A stretch of 44,392 nucleotides of DNA from a virus (IMGVR_UViG_3300012031_000023:1-44392), one strand, 5' to 3'; numbered from the stretch's first letter, positions 9,227 through 17,879 are shown. A program made the numbers and translations. The notes: generated by a model from the sequence alone, not told the origin.

Positions 9227-11382
9227 TAGTATTTGAGAAAGTTACGTTACAGAACTTCCTATCGTATGGGAATGATAAAGCTACCCTAGAGTTACAGAGA
9301 AAGAACCCTACATTGATAACAGGCATCAACCATGATGCTTCTATCAATGGTGAAATGGATTCTAATGGGTGTGGTAAGAGTTCACTTCTTATGGCAATCA
9401 CATTCGCTTTGTATGATCAAGCGTTAGGTATGGAATCCTTAAAGAAAGATGGGTTGATAAACAATATAAACAAGAAAGACCTTCTTGTTGAGTTTGAGTT
9501 TAAGGTACGAGAAGATGAATTCAAGATTAGTAGGTATAGAAAAAATAAGGCTATGGGTGGTAACGGTGTCAAGATAGAAAAGAATGGAAAAGATATCACA
9601 CCAGATAGTATTAGTAATGCAAACTCGTATATTGCTGAAGAAATTATACGAGTTCCATATGAGATTTTTAGTAGAATAATAACATATGCAGCCAACGAAG
9701 AATCTTTTCTAAAAATGCCACTAGCTAAACAGAGAGAAGTTATTGAAGAGTTATTCTCTTATACTGAATTAAGTAAGAAGGCTGATACTCTTAAAGAGCA
9801 AATTAAGTCTAGTAAAATTGATCTCAAATATGCTATAGACTCTAACGAAGAAATAAAAGTAGAACATATCAAGCATGAAAGAAGTCTACGTGAGGCCAAA
9901 CAAAATATTGATGAATGGGATAGCCAACATAAGAAGGAAATTGGTTCTGTAGAAAAACTTATAGAAGACTATCAGCAATTTGATTTCGATCAAGAGGAAG
10001 TGTTGATTGGAGAAATTGAATCTCATCATAAGATTACCTCTGAATTAGAAAATACTATTAGGGTAAAAGAACGTGAACTCCATATGTTAACTGAGGAGCA
10101 GGAGCGATTCACATCTTATGATAATAACAAAGCCAAAAAAATGGCAACTCTGGAGGTCGAGTTAGAAAAATATCAGGAATATTCAGAGGTTGAACTTGTA
10201 AACCAAATAAAACTGTTTAAGCAGTTGGAATATTCCAAAGAATTCGTACAAACTAAGAACAATAAACTAAAAGAAATTGAAAAGTCTCAAGATATGGAAT
10301 TGGAAACACTTGAACAGTTAGAGACTGAGCAAAGTAGTTTACGTGATTCTAAGTGTCCATATTGTTCTCAGGAATATAAAGATGCTGTAGAAAAACTAGA
10401 ACAAATCTCAGAGGAGATTGGTAAAATAAACACTACGGTACGGGCAAGTTTGAAAAGTTCTAAAAAACTTGAAGTGGAAATTGTTGAGTTAACAGAGGAT
10501 ATACAGAATACATCCAAACTATTATATTTTGATACTCCTACTGATGTGGAAAAGTATAGTAATACCAGAGATAGAACATTGGAGACAATATCTACGTTAA
10601 CAAGTGAAGAAAATCCTCTCGTTGATAGAACTAAAGAGATTGAAGTTTTGAGTGTGGAGATTGAAGAACTAGGCACCAATTTAGTTAAGCATAGTATCAA
10701 AACATTTAATACACCAACGTTTGAAAGTTTGAAAGAGTTGTTTGAGGTGAAGGGTAAACTCAATTCAGCTATTGAGAAAAAGGGGTTCTTGGAGGAACAG
10801 GAGAACCCATATGAAAAATCTCTTGAAGCTTTGGCTAATTTTGAAATCAAGGAGAGTAAGTCGGAAGAAATTGTTGAACTTGAGAAGATTATAAAACATC
10901 AAGAATTTCTATTGAAACTTCTCACCAAGAAAGATTCTTTTGTCAGAAAGGCTTTAATGGATAAGTATCTACCATTCCTAAATGAAAGATTGAGATATTA
11001 TCTAGGTACGATGGGTCTGCCACATAAGGCACACTTTATATCAGACCTATCTATGGAGATTAGTCAATTTGATCGAGAAATATCATTTACCAATCTTTCA
11101 TCAGGACAGAAGGCGAGAATTAACATTGCTTTATCCCTTGCGTTCAGAGACGTATTACAGTCTAAGCACAACTTTATTAACCTATACATCCTTGACGAGT
11201 GTTTGGATGTGGGGTTGAGTAATGTGGGTGTGAGAAAGACGGTGAAGCTGATTAAGGAGGTTGCAGATAGTAATAATCTATCTATGTTCATTATCTCACA
11301 CAGAGATGAGATTAAAGATTCTTTCAAGGATCAAGTGCATATTGAATTAAAGAATGGATTCTCCAAAATAAAAAGCCCCTGA
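9223..11382 (+). CDS. gp46: Recombination ATPase subunit (gp46 / Rad50 / SbcC-like)
   Basis: NFLSYG, Walker A NGCGKS, long coiled coil with CPYC zinc hook, LSSGQ signature, Walker B ILDE, ISH. Confidence 0.95.
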   Translation: MIVFEKVTLQNFLSYGNDKATLELQRKNPTLITGINHDASINGEMDSNGCGKSSLLMAITFALYDQALGMESLKKDGLINNINKKDLLVEFEFKVREDEFKISRYRKNKAMGGNGVKIEKNGKDITPDSISNANSYIAEEIIRVPYEIFSRIITYAANEESFLKMPLAKQREVIEELFSYTELSKKADTLKEQIKSSKIDLKYAIDSNEEIKVEHIKHERSLREAKQNIDEWDSQHKKEIGSVEKLIEDYQQFDFDQEEVLIGEIESHHKITSELENTIRVKERELHMLTEEQERFTSYDNNKAKKMATLEVELEKYQEYSEVELVNQIKLFKQLEYSKEFVQTKNNKLKEIEKSQDMELETLEQLETEQSSLRDSKCPYCSQEYKDAVEKLEQISEEIGKINTTVRASLKSSKKLEVEIVELTEDIQNTSKLLYFDTPTDVEKYSNTRDRTLETISTLTSEENPLVDRTKEIEVLSVEIEELGTNLVKHSIKTFNTPTFESLKELFEVKGKLNSAIEKKGFLEEQENPYEKSLEALANFEIKESKSEEIVELEKIIKHQEFLLKLLTKKDSFVRKALMDKYLPFLNERLRYYLGTMGLPHKAHFISDLSMEISQFDREISFTNLSSGQKARINIALSLAFRDVLQSKHNFINLYILDECLDVGLSNVGVRKTVKLIKEVADSNNLSMFIISHRDEIKDSFKDQVHIELKNGFSKIKSP

Positions 11383-11398
11383 TTAGGGGCTTTGTTTT
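11370..11398. terminator. Bidirectional Rho-independent terminator between convergent operons
   Basis: AAAGCCCCT-GATT-AGGGGCTTT, flanked by an A-run and a T-run. Confidence 0.85.
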
Positions 11399-11405
11399 AT
11401 ATATT

Positions 11406-11723
11406 CTACCAGTTGCGGGGAACCCTAGTTGGTTTAGGGGTTTGAATGGGTGGTGGTAATGGTGCTCCATCAACCCAACATGCTTTGAGTATAATTGTGA
11501 GTGCCTCTTCACATTCTTCTTTCGCTTCTTCTAGTGAATATCCCCCAAATAACTCTATCCCCTTTACCCAAGGTTTTTCATCTACAGAAAAATGTGGAGA
11601 CTCTTTCCAACTTTTCCACGTGATTAAGAAATCTCCGAGGGGAGTTTCGCCTATCACGTGATCATACGAACAATAATCGTTTGATGGGGTGTGGTCGCTC
11701 CACAAAATATTAAGTTTGTTCAC
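11406..11723 (-). CDS. Hypothetical protein (105 aa)
   Basis: GTG start overlapping the upstream stop (GTGA); ends at the bidirectional terminator. Confidence 0.7.
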   Translation of the reverse strand: MNKLNILWSDHTPSNDYCSYDHVIGETPLGDFLITWKSWKESPHFSVDEKPWVKGIELFGGYSLEEAKEECEEALTIILKACWVDGAPLPPPIQTPKPTRVPRNW

Positions 11724-11839
11724 TCAATATCCCCAAACAATTTCAGTTTTGTATAGTAAAAAATGCTCCCCATAACACCAAGAGTTATTAGACTAATACC
11801 CAGTCGTGTGTTATTTAATAAGTTCATATACTCTTTCAC
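11720..11839 (-). CDS. Small putative membrane peptide, 39 aa (not in the ORF track)
   Basis: MKEYMNLLNNTRLGISLITLGVMGSIFYYTKLKLFGDIE*; fills the gap between its neighbours exactly; one hydrophobic segment. Confidence 0.55.
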   Translation of the reverse strand: MKEYMNLLNNTRLGISLITLGVMGSIFYYTKLKLFGDIE

Positions 11840-12076
11840 TCATAGTTTAGGATTATTTGTAGAAAATGCGTTCATATCTTCGAGGAGATAATATAGTGTT
11901 TCACAATAAATGTTATCACTGTTTTTATCAATTTTCAAGAAATGTCCTTCTGGGTCAAAGTCACCTTCATCAAAGTAGATGTGGTATACACCATCTTTGT
12001 CCGATTTGGTTACTGTCCATCCTTCGGGCAATAGTAACTTACCAGTAGGGTCTTCTTTTGTTGTTTCAATACTCAT
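11840..12076 (-). CDS. Hypothetical protein (78 aa)
   Basis: ATG with upstream AGGA; acidic; same strand as its neighbours. Confidence 0.7.
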   Translation of the reverse strand: MSIETTKEDPTGKLLLPEGWTVTKSDKDGVYHIYFDEGDFDPEGHFLKIDKNSDNIYCETLYYLLEDMNAFSTNNPKL

Positions 12077-12113
12077 GTAATTTTATCCTAAATTATAGTA
12101 TACTTCTGTGTCC

Positions 12114-13763
12114 TTATAGTACGGACAGTCCACGTTTCCACCATGGTGGAATCATTTTCTTAGTTTGGTTGTATAGATACTCAAATGATTCGTCGAGTAT
12201 GTATACCGTACCCCAGTCATCTTTAGATCGAACAATTCGGCCACAACCCTGAATTATTCCAGTAATAGCCTGTCGGTTGTACCAATCTTTAGAAATTTGC
12301 ATTCTACGCTTCGTCCAAGCATCACCGAGGTATGGGTAGGGTACCTTAACAATTAGGGCAAACCTCCCACGATCATCTTTTAAATCCATACCTTCGGTCA
12401 CTGAAGGTGATATTAACAGTGTAGGCTCCTTCTCAGAGCATTCTAGAAATGTTTCTATGGCTTCATCCCTACTAACCTCATATCCGGGTGTATGGTGGAT
12501 TATACGATGACTGGTGTTTATATTCTCAAGAATCCATTTCGCAATCTGGAATGAACCTGTGTGGATTATTCCAGATTCTTCGGTATGATATCCACATACA
12601 TGATTAATGGTCTTCATCATCTTTTTACGATCTGTAGTTCTCTCTTCAGAGTTCCACCCATAATTCATTTTAATTACTGGCTTAAATATCACTTCTCTAT
12701 TATCTTCTGGGAATTCGGAATCCAATGAAATCATTGCTGCATCTTCTGGATCAATTCCAAGGTCTCTACAAAATTCCTCTTTATCAAGGATGGTTGAAGA
12801 CATAAACATGAAACGATTCGCCATAGGTAAGCATATGTTTCGAAAATTATTCTTAGCATAAAGTTCTTTGAACTTAAAACCCACCTTCTCAGATACAAGA
12901 ACATATTTCTTGTCTATTAGTGACATTTCCATTTCCATCAGGTCTTGTAATTGATTTCGGTGCTCTGTTGCAGTAAGTGCATTACGAACAGTTTGTATGT
13001 CCTTCTTATTCAAGGAACCACCCTTAGTCTCTATCGCTGTAACCTGTCTTCTCAATTCAACTGCTTTCGCTTCAACTGCTGGTAAGTAGGACTGCTTGAT
13101 CCAATTTACTGCCTCAGTTGAACTCCTTGCAAATTTAAATTTAATTCCATATTTTTTACAGGTCTTATCAGTTACAGCAATTGAACTAAATTCAACCAGA
13201 TTTGACTCTAAAGCGTGTGCTTCATCAAATACCATCAATTTTCTAGGTGGTATCATTTTTCGTAGGTATGTGAAGTACATTAGGGCCAATGTGTAGTTCA
13301 TTACCGCGTTGGGTGACTTCATTGCTGCTTCCCTTGCCTGTTTGGCTGGACACATCTCACAGGCGGGTTTTATATCCGCACCTACATCACAAGTTGTGTT
13401 CTTTTCTTCACAGGTATAATTACTTCTTCCATATACGGAATACAATAGGTCTTTATCGAAAGATTCTTCGTATTGCCGCTGTAATGTCTTTTGTGGGGTC
13501 AATATAAAGGCATCACCCATGTTACCACTGATGTAAGCACTGAATGCTATGGCAAGTGGGGATTTTCCAGCACCTACGGGTGCCTCAATGAATATATATT
13601 TGACATGTGGTGGCAATGTATCCACCCACTTCATCACATCAATTTGTGATTCTCTTGGTGTGTACTCCGGTAGGGATTTACTCCAACTATCAGACATATT
13701 CCTATTACCAAGGGTGTCAGTTATATGTTGTTCGTTATTTTTTAATATTTCATCGTGTTTCAT
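12114..13763 (-). CDS. DinG/Rad3/XPD-family SF2 DNA helicase with probable 4Fe-4S cluster
   Basis: PRESQ Q-motif, EAPVGAGKS, DEAH, EGMDL and QGCGRIVRSKDDWG; four Cys (YTC..TCD..AC.MCP) in the Fe-S position. Confidence 0.92.
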   Translation of the reverse strand: MKHDEILKNNEQHITDTLGNRNMSDSWSKSLPEYTPRESQIDVMKWVDTLPPHVKYIFIEAPVGAGKSPLAIAFSAYISGNMGDAFILTPQKTLQRQYEESFDKDLLYSVYGRSNYTCEEKNTTCDVGADIKPACEMCPAKQAREAAMKSPNAVMNYTLALMYFTYLRKMIPPRKLMVFDEAHALESNLVEFSSIAVTDKTCKKYGIKFKFARSSTEAVNWIKQSYLPAVEAKAVELRRQVTAIETKGGSLNKKDIQTVRNALTATEHRNQLQDLMEMEMSLIDKKYVLVSEKVGFKFKELYAKNNFRNICLPMANRFMFMSSTILDKEEFCRDLGIDPEDAAMISLDSEFPEDNREVIFKPVIKMNYGWNSEERTTDRKKMMKTINHVCGYHTEESGIIHTGSFQIAKWILENINTSHRIIHHTPGYEVSRDEAIETFLECSEKEPTLLISPSVTEGMDLKDDRGRFALIVKVPYPYLGDAWTKRRMQISKDWYNRQAITGIIQGCGRIVRSKDDWGTVYILDESFEYLYNQTKKMIPPWWKRGLSVL

Positions 13764-13817
13764 TATTAACCCATTTGTTTATTTGTCACCCATACACTGT
13801 GTGCTTTTGGGTGTACC

Positions 13818-13846
13818 ATTATATCAGATTGTTTAGAACAAATCAA
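13818..13846 (-). promoter_or_regulatory. Sigma70-like promoter of the helicase gene
   Basis: TTGATT-N17-TATAAT, 55 nt upstream of the ATG at 13763. Confidence 0.7.
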
Positions 13847-13869
13847 GTCCGGGTTGTGCGTCAGCATGG

Positions 13870-14445
13870 CCCGAGGAAACCCCGCTGTACGGGGTTTGCC
13901 GACATTTTTGTTATTCAGTTGTTTTTTATTTTGCAAGAAACAAAAACACTTCACTCCGTTCAGTATTTTTGTTTCTTTACTTTATTATTTTTGTTTGTAT
14001 TATTAGGTCTGTAAATGTTTAGTAATGTTTGTTTGAAATGTTTTTAAGAGTTTTATAATAATCCCCCCATTTTGTAACAATTTAATTAAAAATTGTCTAG
14101 GAAATTACCCAATCCAACCTAAGTAGATGAATCTACCTTGCTACTACCATAACAAGATCACTGATTTTACAGATCAGCGACGATCTCCAGTCTTCGTGAT
14201 CATAAAAATGATCCAAGACCGTTTCAACGCGATGAACATTGAATGGGTTTCGATGAGTCGAGGTATGATATATGTTTAGCCTGTCTCGAAAGCATTAACA
14301 ACATATAAATCCCCTCATCCAGACCTTTAGAGCTTTTCTATGGAATAATAACCACATCGCTTATTATTCACCCTGTCCGACATTTGTGCAGCCTGTCCGA
14401 GATATTCAAATTGTATTTGTCTCTTCTCTGTAAAGAAGGGAACGG
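13870..14445 (-). ncRNA. Candidate large structured non-coding RNA (alternatively an R-loop replication origin)
   Basis: No credible ORF; about 11 hairpins, most with G-U pairs on the minus strand that become A-C mismatches on plus; begins just downstream of TATAAATA at 14449-14456. Confidence 0.6.
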
Positions 14446-14448
14446 GAC

Positions 14449-14480
14449 TATTTATACATGCTTGATATGGGTGAAGTCAA
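14449..14480 (-). promoter_or_regulatory. Late promoter TATAAATA, possibly overlapping a sigma70-like promoter
   Basis: TATAAATA at 14449-14456; TTGACT at 14475-14480 lies 18 nt upstream of TATAAA. It points into non-coding DNA. Confidence 0.7.
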
Positions 14481-14488
14481 GTAATAAT

Positions 14489-15778
14489 TTAAATTCTTGA
14501 TCTACCCATCGGACCGGTAACGTTGTCGGTGAACGCTCTTCCAATCATTTGAACATCTCTACTTGTTACAAAACTTTGTGGTTTTTTGGCAGGTTTGTCG
14601 CCTGTAATTGATGAAGCATAGTAATCCAAGAACCGAACGATAAGTCTAGCTCTAACTAATTCTATTGCTCTACCAAGATAACTTCTTCTAACCTTTTCAA
14701 CATTTCCACTAACTGATTCACCCTCATCGGAAACATCAGACAATTTATTGTCATATGTGGCCATTGCCTTTGATAGAGTCTCATTGCTCATTGACCCAAT
14801 ATATTCTCGTAGTTTCTGGTTAGCAATTTTCTTAATATCAGTTGATACATTTTGTTCTACGAATGTTAATAGGTTTTTGGAAGCAGTTTCACCTGCATCA
14901 AGACCACCAGATTTAGCACTAGGGGCATTCAGTGTACCCTTGAGAAGGGGTTGAAGGGTATTTCGCATATTGGATACACTACGTTTGATCAATTTCTTAT
15001 CTAATGTAACATTACCACTATCTAACTTCTTAGCTAATCCCAATTGTACTAATGTATGTGCAGCCTTTTCAGGGTTATAAAATTCTTCCATACCAGTGGT
15101 AAGAGATGAATCTTTATAGTTTGAAGGATTTAGTTGGTTATCCCAACGATCTTTATTTCCAAATTTCTTTGATACGTTTGCAATGAATACTAGGACGTTT
15201 GGAGTAAGTTCTTTGAAACCTACCGGGGATTCTGATCCTAAATCACCTTGGTTTCTTGAAGACATGTCGGAAAATTTATCAACTTTACGTTTATAGTTTT
15301 CAACGGCTTTTGGGAAACTACTTAATAGTTCTCCAACATCATTGAACCCCATATTAACGTTTAGGAATTGAGAAAGTCTTGAAAGACCTTCACGATCTTG
15401 GATAATGGTAGTGCCATTGTTATAATCTATTTTGATGTAAGCAGCTTTGGCCAACTCTTCGGCAACCGTTTCCAGTATTGCGGTTTGATTGTCATTCATA
15501 TTTCTATTGTTATTACCAGAGAAACCTCTCGCAATATTCACATCCCGGCCTTCACCGGATGATGCACCACTTAATGGCACATTAGTATCCACACCAGCCA
15601 CTCTAGCTTTTGCAGACCCTTTTCTCAATACTGTTATAGCTGATAGTACTTCTCTTGTTCCAGCATTGGGGCTGTCAGATAAAGACATCAATTTTAAAAA
15701 ATTGAACATCTTCATGTAATCTGCTTTTGTCAGACCCAACATATCGTCAGCCGTTTCGAAAATTTGGAGTATTCTCAT
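14489..15778 (-). CDS. Hypothetical protein (429 aa), possibly a virion internal protein
   Basis: Long ORF; AATAAATA at 15804-15811 upstream; N-terminus MRILQIFE resembles the other head-protein N-termini. Confidence 0.75.
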   Translation of the reverse strand: MRILQIFETADDMLGLTKADYMKMFNFLKLMSLSDSPNAGTREVLSAITVLRKGSAKARVAGVDTNVPLSGASSGEGRDVNIARGFSGNNNRNMNDNQTAILETVAEELAKAAYIKIDYNNGTTIIQDREGLSRLSQFLNVNMGFNDVGELLSSFPKAVENYKRKVDKFSDMSSRNQGDLGSESPVGFKELTPNVLVFIANVSKKFGNKDRWDNQLNPSNYKDSSLTTGMEEFYNPEKAAHTLVQLGLAKKLDSGNVTLDKKLIKRSVSNMRNTLQPLLKGTLNAPSAKSGGLDAGETASKNLLTFVEQNVSTDIKKIANQKLREYIGSMSNETLSKAMATYDNKLSDVSDEGESVSGNVEKVRRSYLGRAIELVRARLIVRFLDYYASSITGDKPAKKPQSFVTSRDVQMIGRAFTDNVTGPMGRSRI

Positions 15779-15802
15779 AATTAAATCAATAAAAATCTAA
15801 AG

Positions 15803-16516
15803 CTATTTATTGTTTTTGAAACATTGGTATAGTAAATATGCATCGTTTAAGTCAGCGATGGGAGGAGGTATAGACTTCATTCCACTAATATCAGAATAGT
15901 GTTCATCTATAAAACTTTTCCAATCATCATTGAAGTTTGAATCTTTTATAGCTTGCAACATCTCATGTTTTTTAAACTTACCACCCGGAATATCATCTGG
16001 GTTCAAGTACATAATTTTTGGTTTTAATGGTTTTAGGTTAGGGTCTCTATCCCTGTTCTTAACGTCTACCGCTGGGTATATAAGCTTGGCAGTTTCCATT
16101 TTTAATGACATAGGGGGCACTACCACAAGATGATAACCATTGTTTACTAGATAACTTCTAATCAACGTTGAGAATGCGACAAGATCAATCAAATTACCCG
16201 TCGAGCTATAGCTGAACCCCTCAATATAAACAGTCGTATCATCTGGCTTACAATGACGTTCAATAATAGAAGTTACTATCTTTGCAATGGTTTGATAGTA
16301 TACAAGTTTTTCGATTTCATTATCGGTAAATTTTTTCTTCGTCTCGTAGGATTGATAGGTTTCTATACCACAGGAACTTGAGGCGAGATTAAACCATTTT
16401 GTAAAATCACCTTTCTTAGAAACAGCTAAACTTTCCTGTACAACAGCAATCATCTGTTCACCGTTGATACAAATTCCAGTACAAGTAGTTGATGGGTCTA
16501 TGGTTACAATATTCAT
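15803..16516 (-). CDS. RuvC-like Holliday junction resolvase
   Basis: IDPSTTCTG (D1), VYIEGFSY (E), VPPMSLK and DLNDAY (D..D) fit the RNase H-fold RuvC pattern. Confidence 0.8.
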   Translation of the reverse strand: MNIVTIDPSTTCTGICINGEQMIAVVQESLAVSKKGDFTKWFNLASSSCGIETYQSYETKKKFTDNEIEKLVYYQTIAKIVTSIIERHCKPDDTTVYIEGFSYSSTGNLIDLVAFSTLIRSYLVNNGYHLVVVPPMSLKMETAKLIYPAVDVKNRDRDPNLKPLKPKIMYLNPDDIPGGKFKKHEMLQAIKDSNFNDDWKSFIDEHYSDISGMKSIPPPIADLNDAYLLYQCFKNNK

Positions 16517-16701
16517 TAGTATAATGGAGGGAATTTTCCCTTACTGTCCTTTGCTTTTTTAATTTCGTATTCTATTCGTTCGTTTATGTAATCTAACATT
16601 AGCTTTCGTTCAAAATATGTTCTATCCAACACATCATCATATTGGATACCACCTCTCATAAAATATGTCAAGTGTATTGCACTTTTAACTAAATTTTCCA
16701 A
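16516..16701 (-). CDS. Baseplate hub / tail assembly chaperone C-terminal part (gp51-like); probably expressed by frameshift from the upstream gene
   Basis: YFMRGGIQYDDVL..T..ER motif; only a TTG start; reading frame is open back through the T9 run at 16765-16773. Confidence 0.7.
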   Translation of the reverse strand: MENLVKSAIHLTYFMRGGIQYDDVLDRTYFERKLMLDYINERIEYEIKKAKDSKGKFPPLY

Positions 16702-16754
16702 CCCTCTATCAAGAGAGTCGCTATATTTCCGTAGTGCTTGAGTGTCATTACTCG

Positions 16755-17789
16755 CTAGGATGTTAAAAAAAAATACAGCGGGTTTATGTATGACATATCT
16801 ATATCTTTAGTTTTCCCACAAGTCTCACATGCCAGTGTATAATCAAAATCAATACCCCACTCAAATGCTTTGGATATTTCAGTAAATAGTTCAGTTCTCT
16901 CTTCTAAGCTTAAAGAATCTACCCACTCTTCTATGAGTACCGGATCATCTATATTGTCAACTGATTGTATTCTTCTAGCAATATTAACGTTAGAAAACTT
17001 ATTTATGTATTCATAATATGCTTCTTCGCCCATCTTATTAGGGTCATCTTTAAGTCTAAGGTTACTTATCTCTTTATAATCCAAAAAGTTTATCTGCTTG
17101 ATTTCTACTCCAAACGTCCTAAAAGTTAAACGCTTTTTTTCTTCATACTCATCGGGATTAAGTTCTTTAGCAGTGTTCATAAAATGTGACAGGGGAATAA
17201 TGAACTGACAGAATTTACTATTTTCACCCATATTGTTTTTGTTATCCAATACCGGATCAAATTCTTGTTTTTCTTCCACTCCATCTTCATCATCTGTAAC
17301 ATCCCCGGAGCCAACTTTATCAAAAGATTTCAGTTTTTCACCAATAGAGTCTAGTGAGTCGTCTGGTCTTATGGGTCTATCCATTTCTTCGAATTCACTC
17401 TCGACACTATCTTCTAATATAGTTGTCCGATCCACCAGATGTTCTATTTTCATACAAACATCTTTGTAGGTAAATTCTTCTCCGTGAGTCTGCTTTTTAA
17501 TAGCAGTCATCAAATAATCAATATCGGTAGGACAAAGTTTTTCTGGTAACAACACTTGTGGTACAGAATATGATATAGTCTCGGATACTGCACTCCCTTG
17601 AAAGATGGAATCTAATGATTTCATTTTTAATTCTTCTCTAAGTCGCATTGGGTATACCACGACTTCCCCATCTTTTACATCATCCGAAAGAACTCCGGGT
17701 TTGTATATTTCACCTCTTGAAGGCATTCTAAAAGTTACACCCGGTAATGACCGTCTTCGCTTTTCGAGTAGTGGATTGTTTTCGCTCAT
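16755..17789 (-). CDS. Baseplate hub assembly / tail assembly chaperone (T4 gp26-like)
   Basis: MPSRG.IY, VYPM...EE, D.DYL..AI...T.GE, C-terminal C..CG and NPLYFF ending are typical of gp26-like proteins; contains an acidic insertion. Confidence 0.8.
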   Translation of the reverse strand: MSENNPLLEKRRRSLPGVTFRMPSRGEIYKPGVLSDDVKDGEVVVYPMRLREELKMKSLDSIFQGSAVSETISYSVPQVLLPEKLCPTDIDYLMTAIKKQTHGEEFTYKDVCMKIEHLVDRTTILEDSVESEFEEMDRPIRPDDSLDSIGEKLKSFDKVGSGDVTDDEDGVEEKQEFDPVLDNKNNMGENSKFCQFIIPLSHFMNTAKELNPDEYEEKKRLTFRTFGVEIKQINFLDYKEISNLRLKDDPNKMGEEAYYEYINKFSNVNIARRIQSVDNIDDPVLIEEWVDSLSLEERTELFTEISKAFEWGIDFDYTLACETCGKTKDIDMSYINPLYFFLTS

Positions 17790-17815
17790 TAATTATCTAC
17801 CATATAGTATGTGCA

Positions 17816-17823
17816 TATTTATA
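17816..17823 (-). promoter_or_regulatory. T4-type late promoter TATAAATA (leftward of a divergent pair)
   Basis: Exact consensus 27 nt upstream of the ATG at 17789. Confidence 0.8.
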
Positions 17824-17871
17824 TCTGTTGTTGAAAGGTGATCTTCCGGGAAACCAACTTTTGTGGAAGGT

Positions 17872-17879
17872 TATAAATA
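17872..17879 (+). promoter_or_regulatory. T4-type late promoter TATAAATA (rightward of a divergent pair)
   Basis: Exact consensus upstream of the baseplate operon. Confidence 0.8.

Noticed and set aside
13607-14014. ORFs 13607..14014 (+) and 13766..13954 (-)
   Set aside because: They overlap the helicase antisense or its promoter and hairpins, lack an RBS and have low-complexity composition; treated as non-coding.
14210-14335. Hammerhead-like words on the minus strand (CUGGAUGAG ... CGAAAC ... GUC)
   Set aside because: The core has an extra G relative to CUGAUGA, GAUGAG is sequestered by CUCAUC, and stem I does not abut the core. Not a canonical hammerhead, though a variant cannot be excluded without a cleavage assay.
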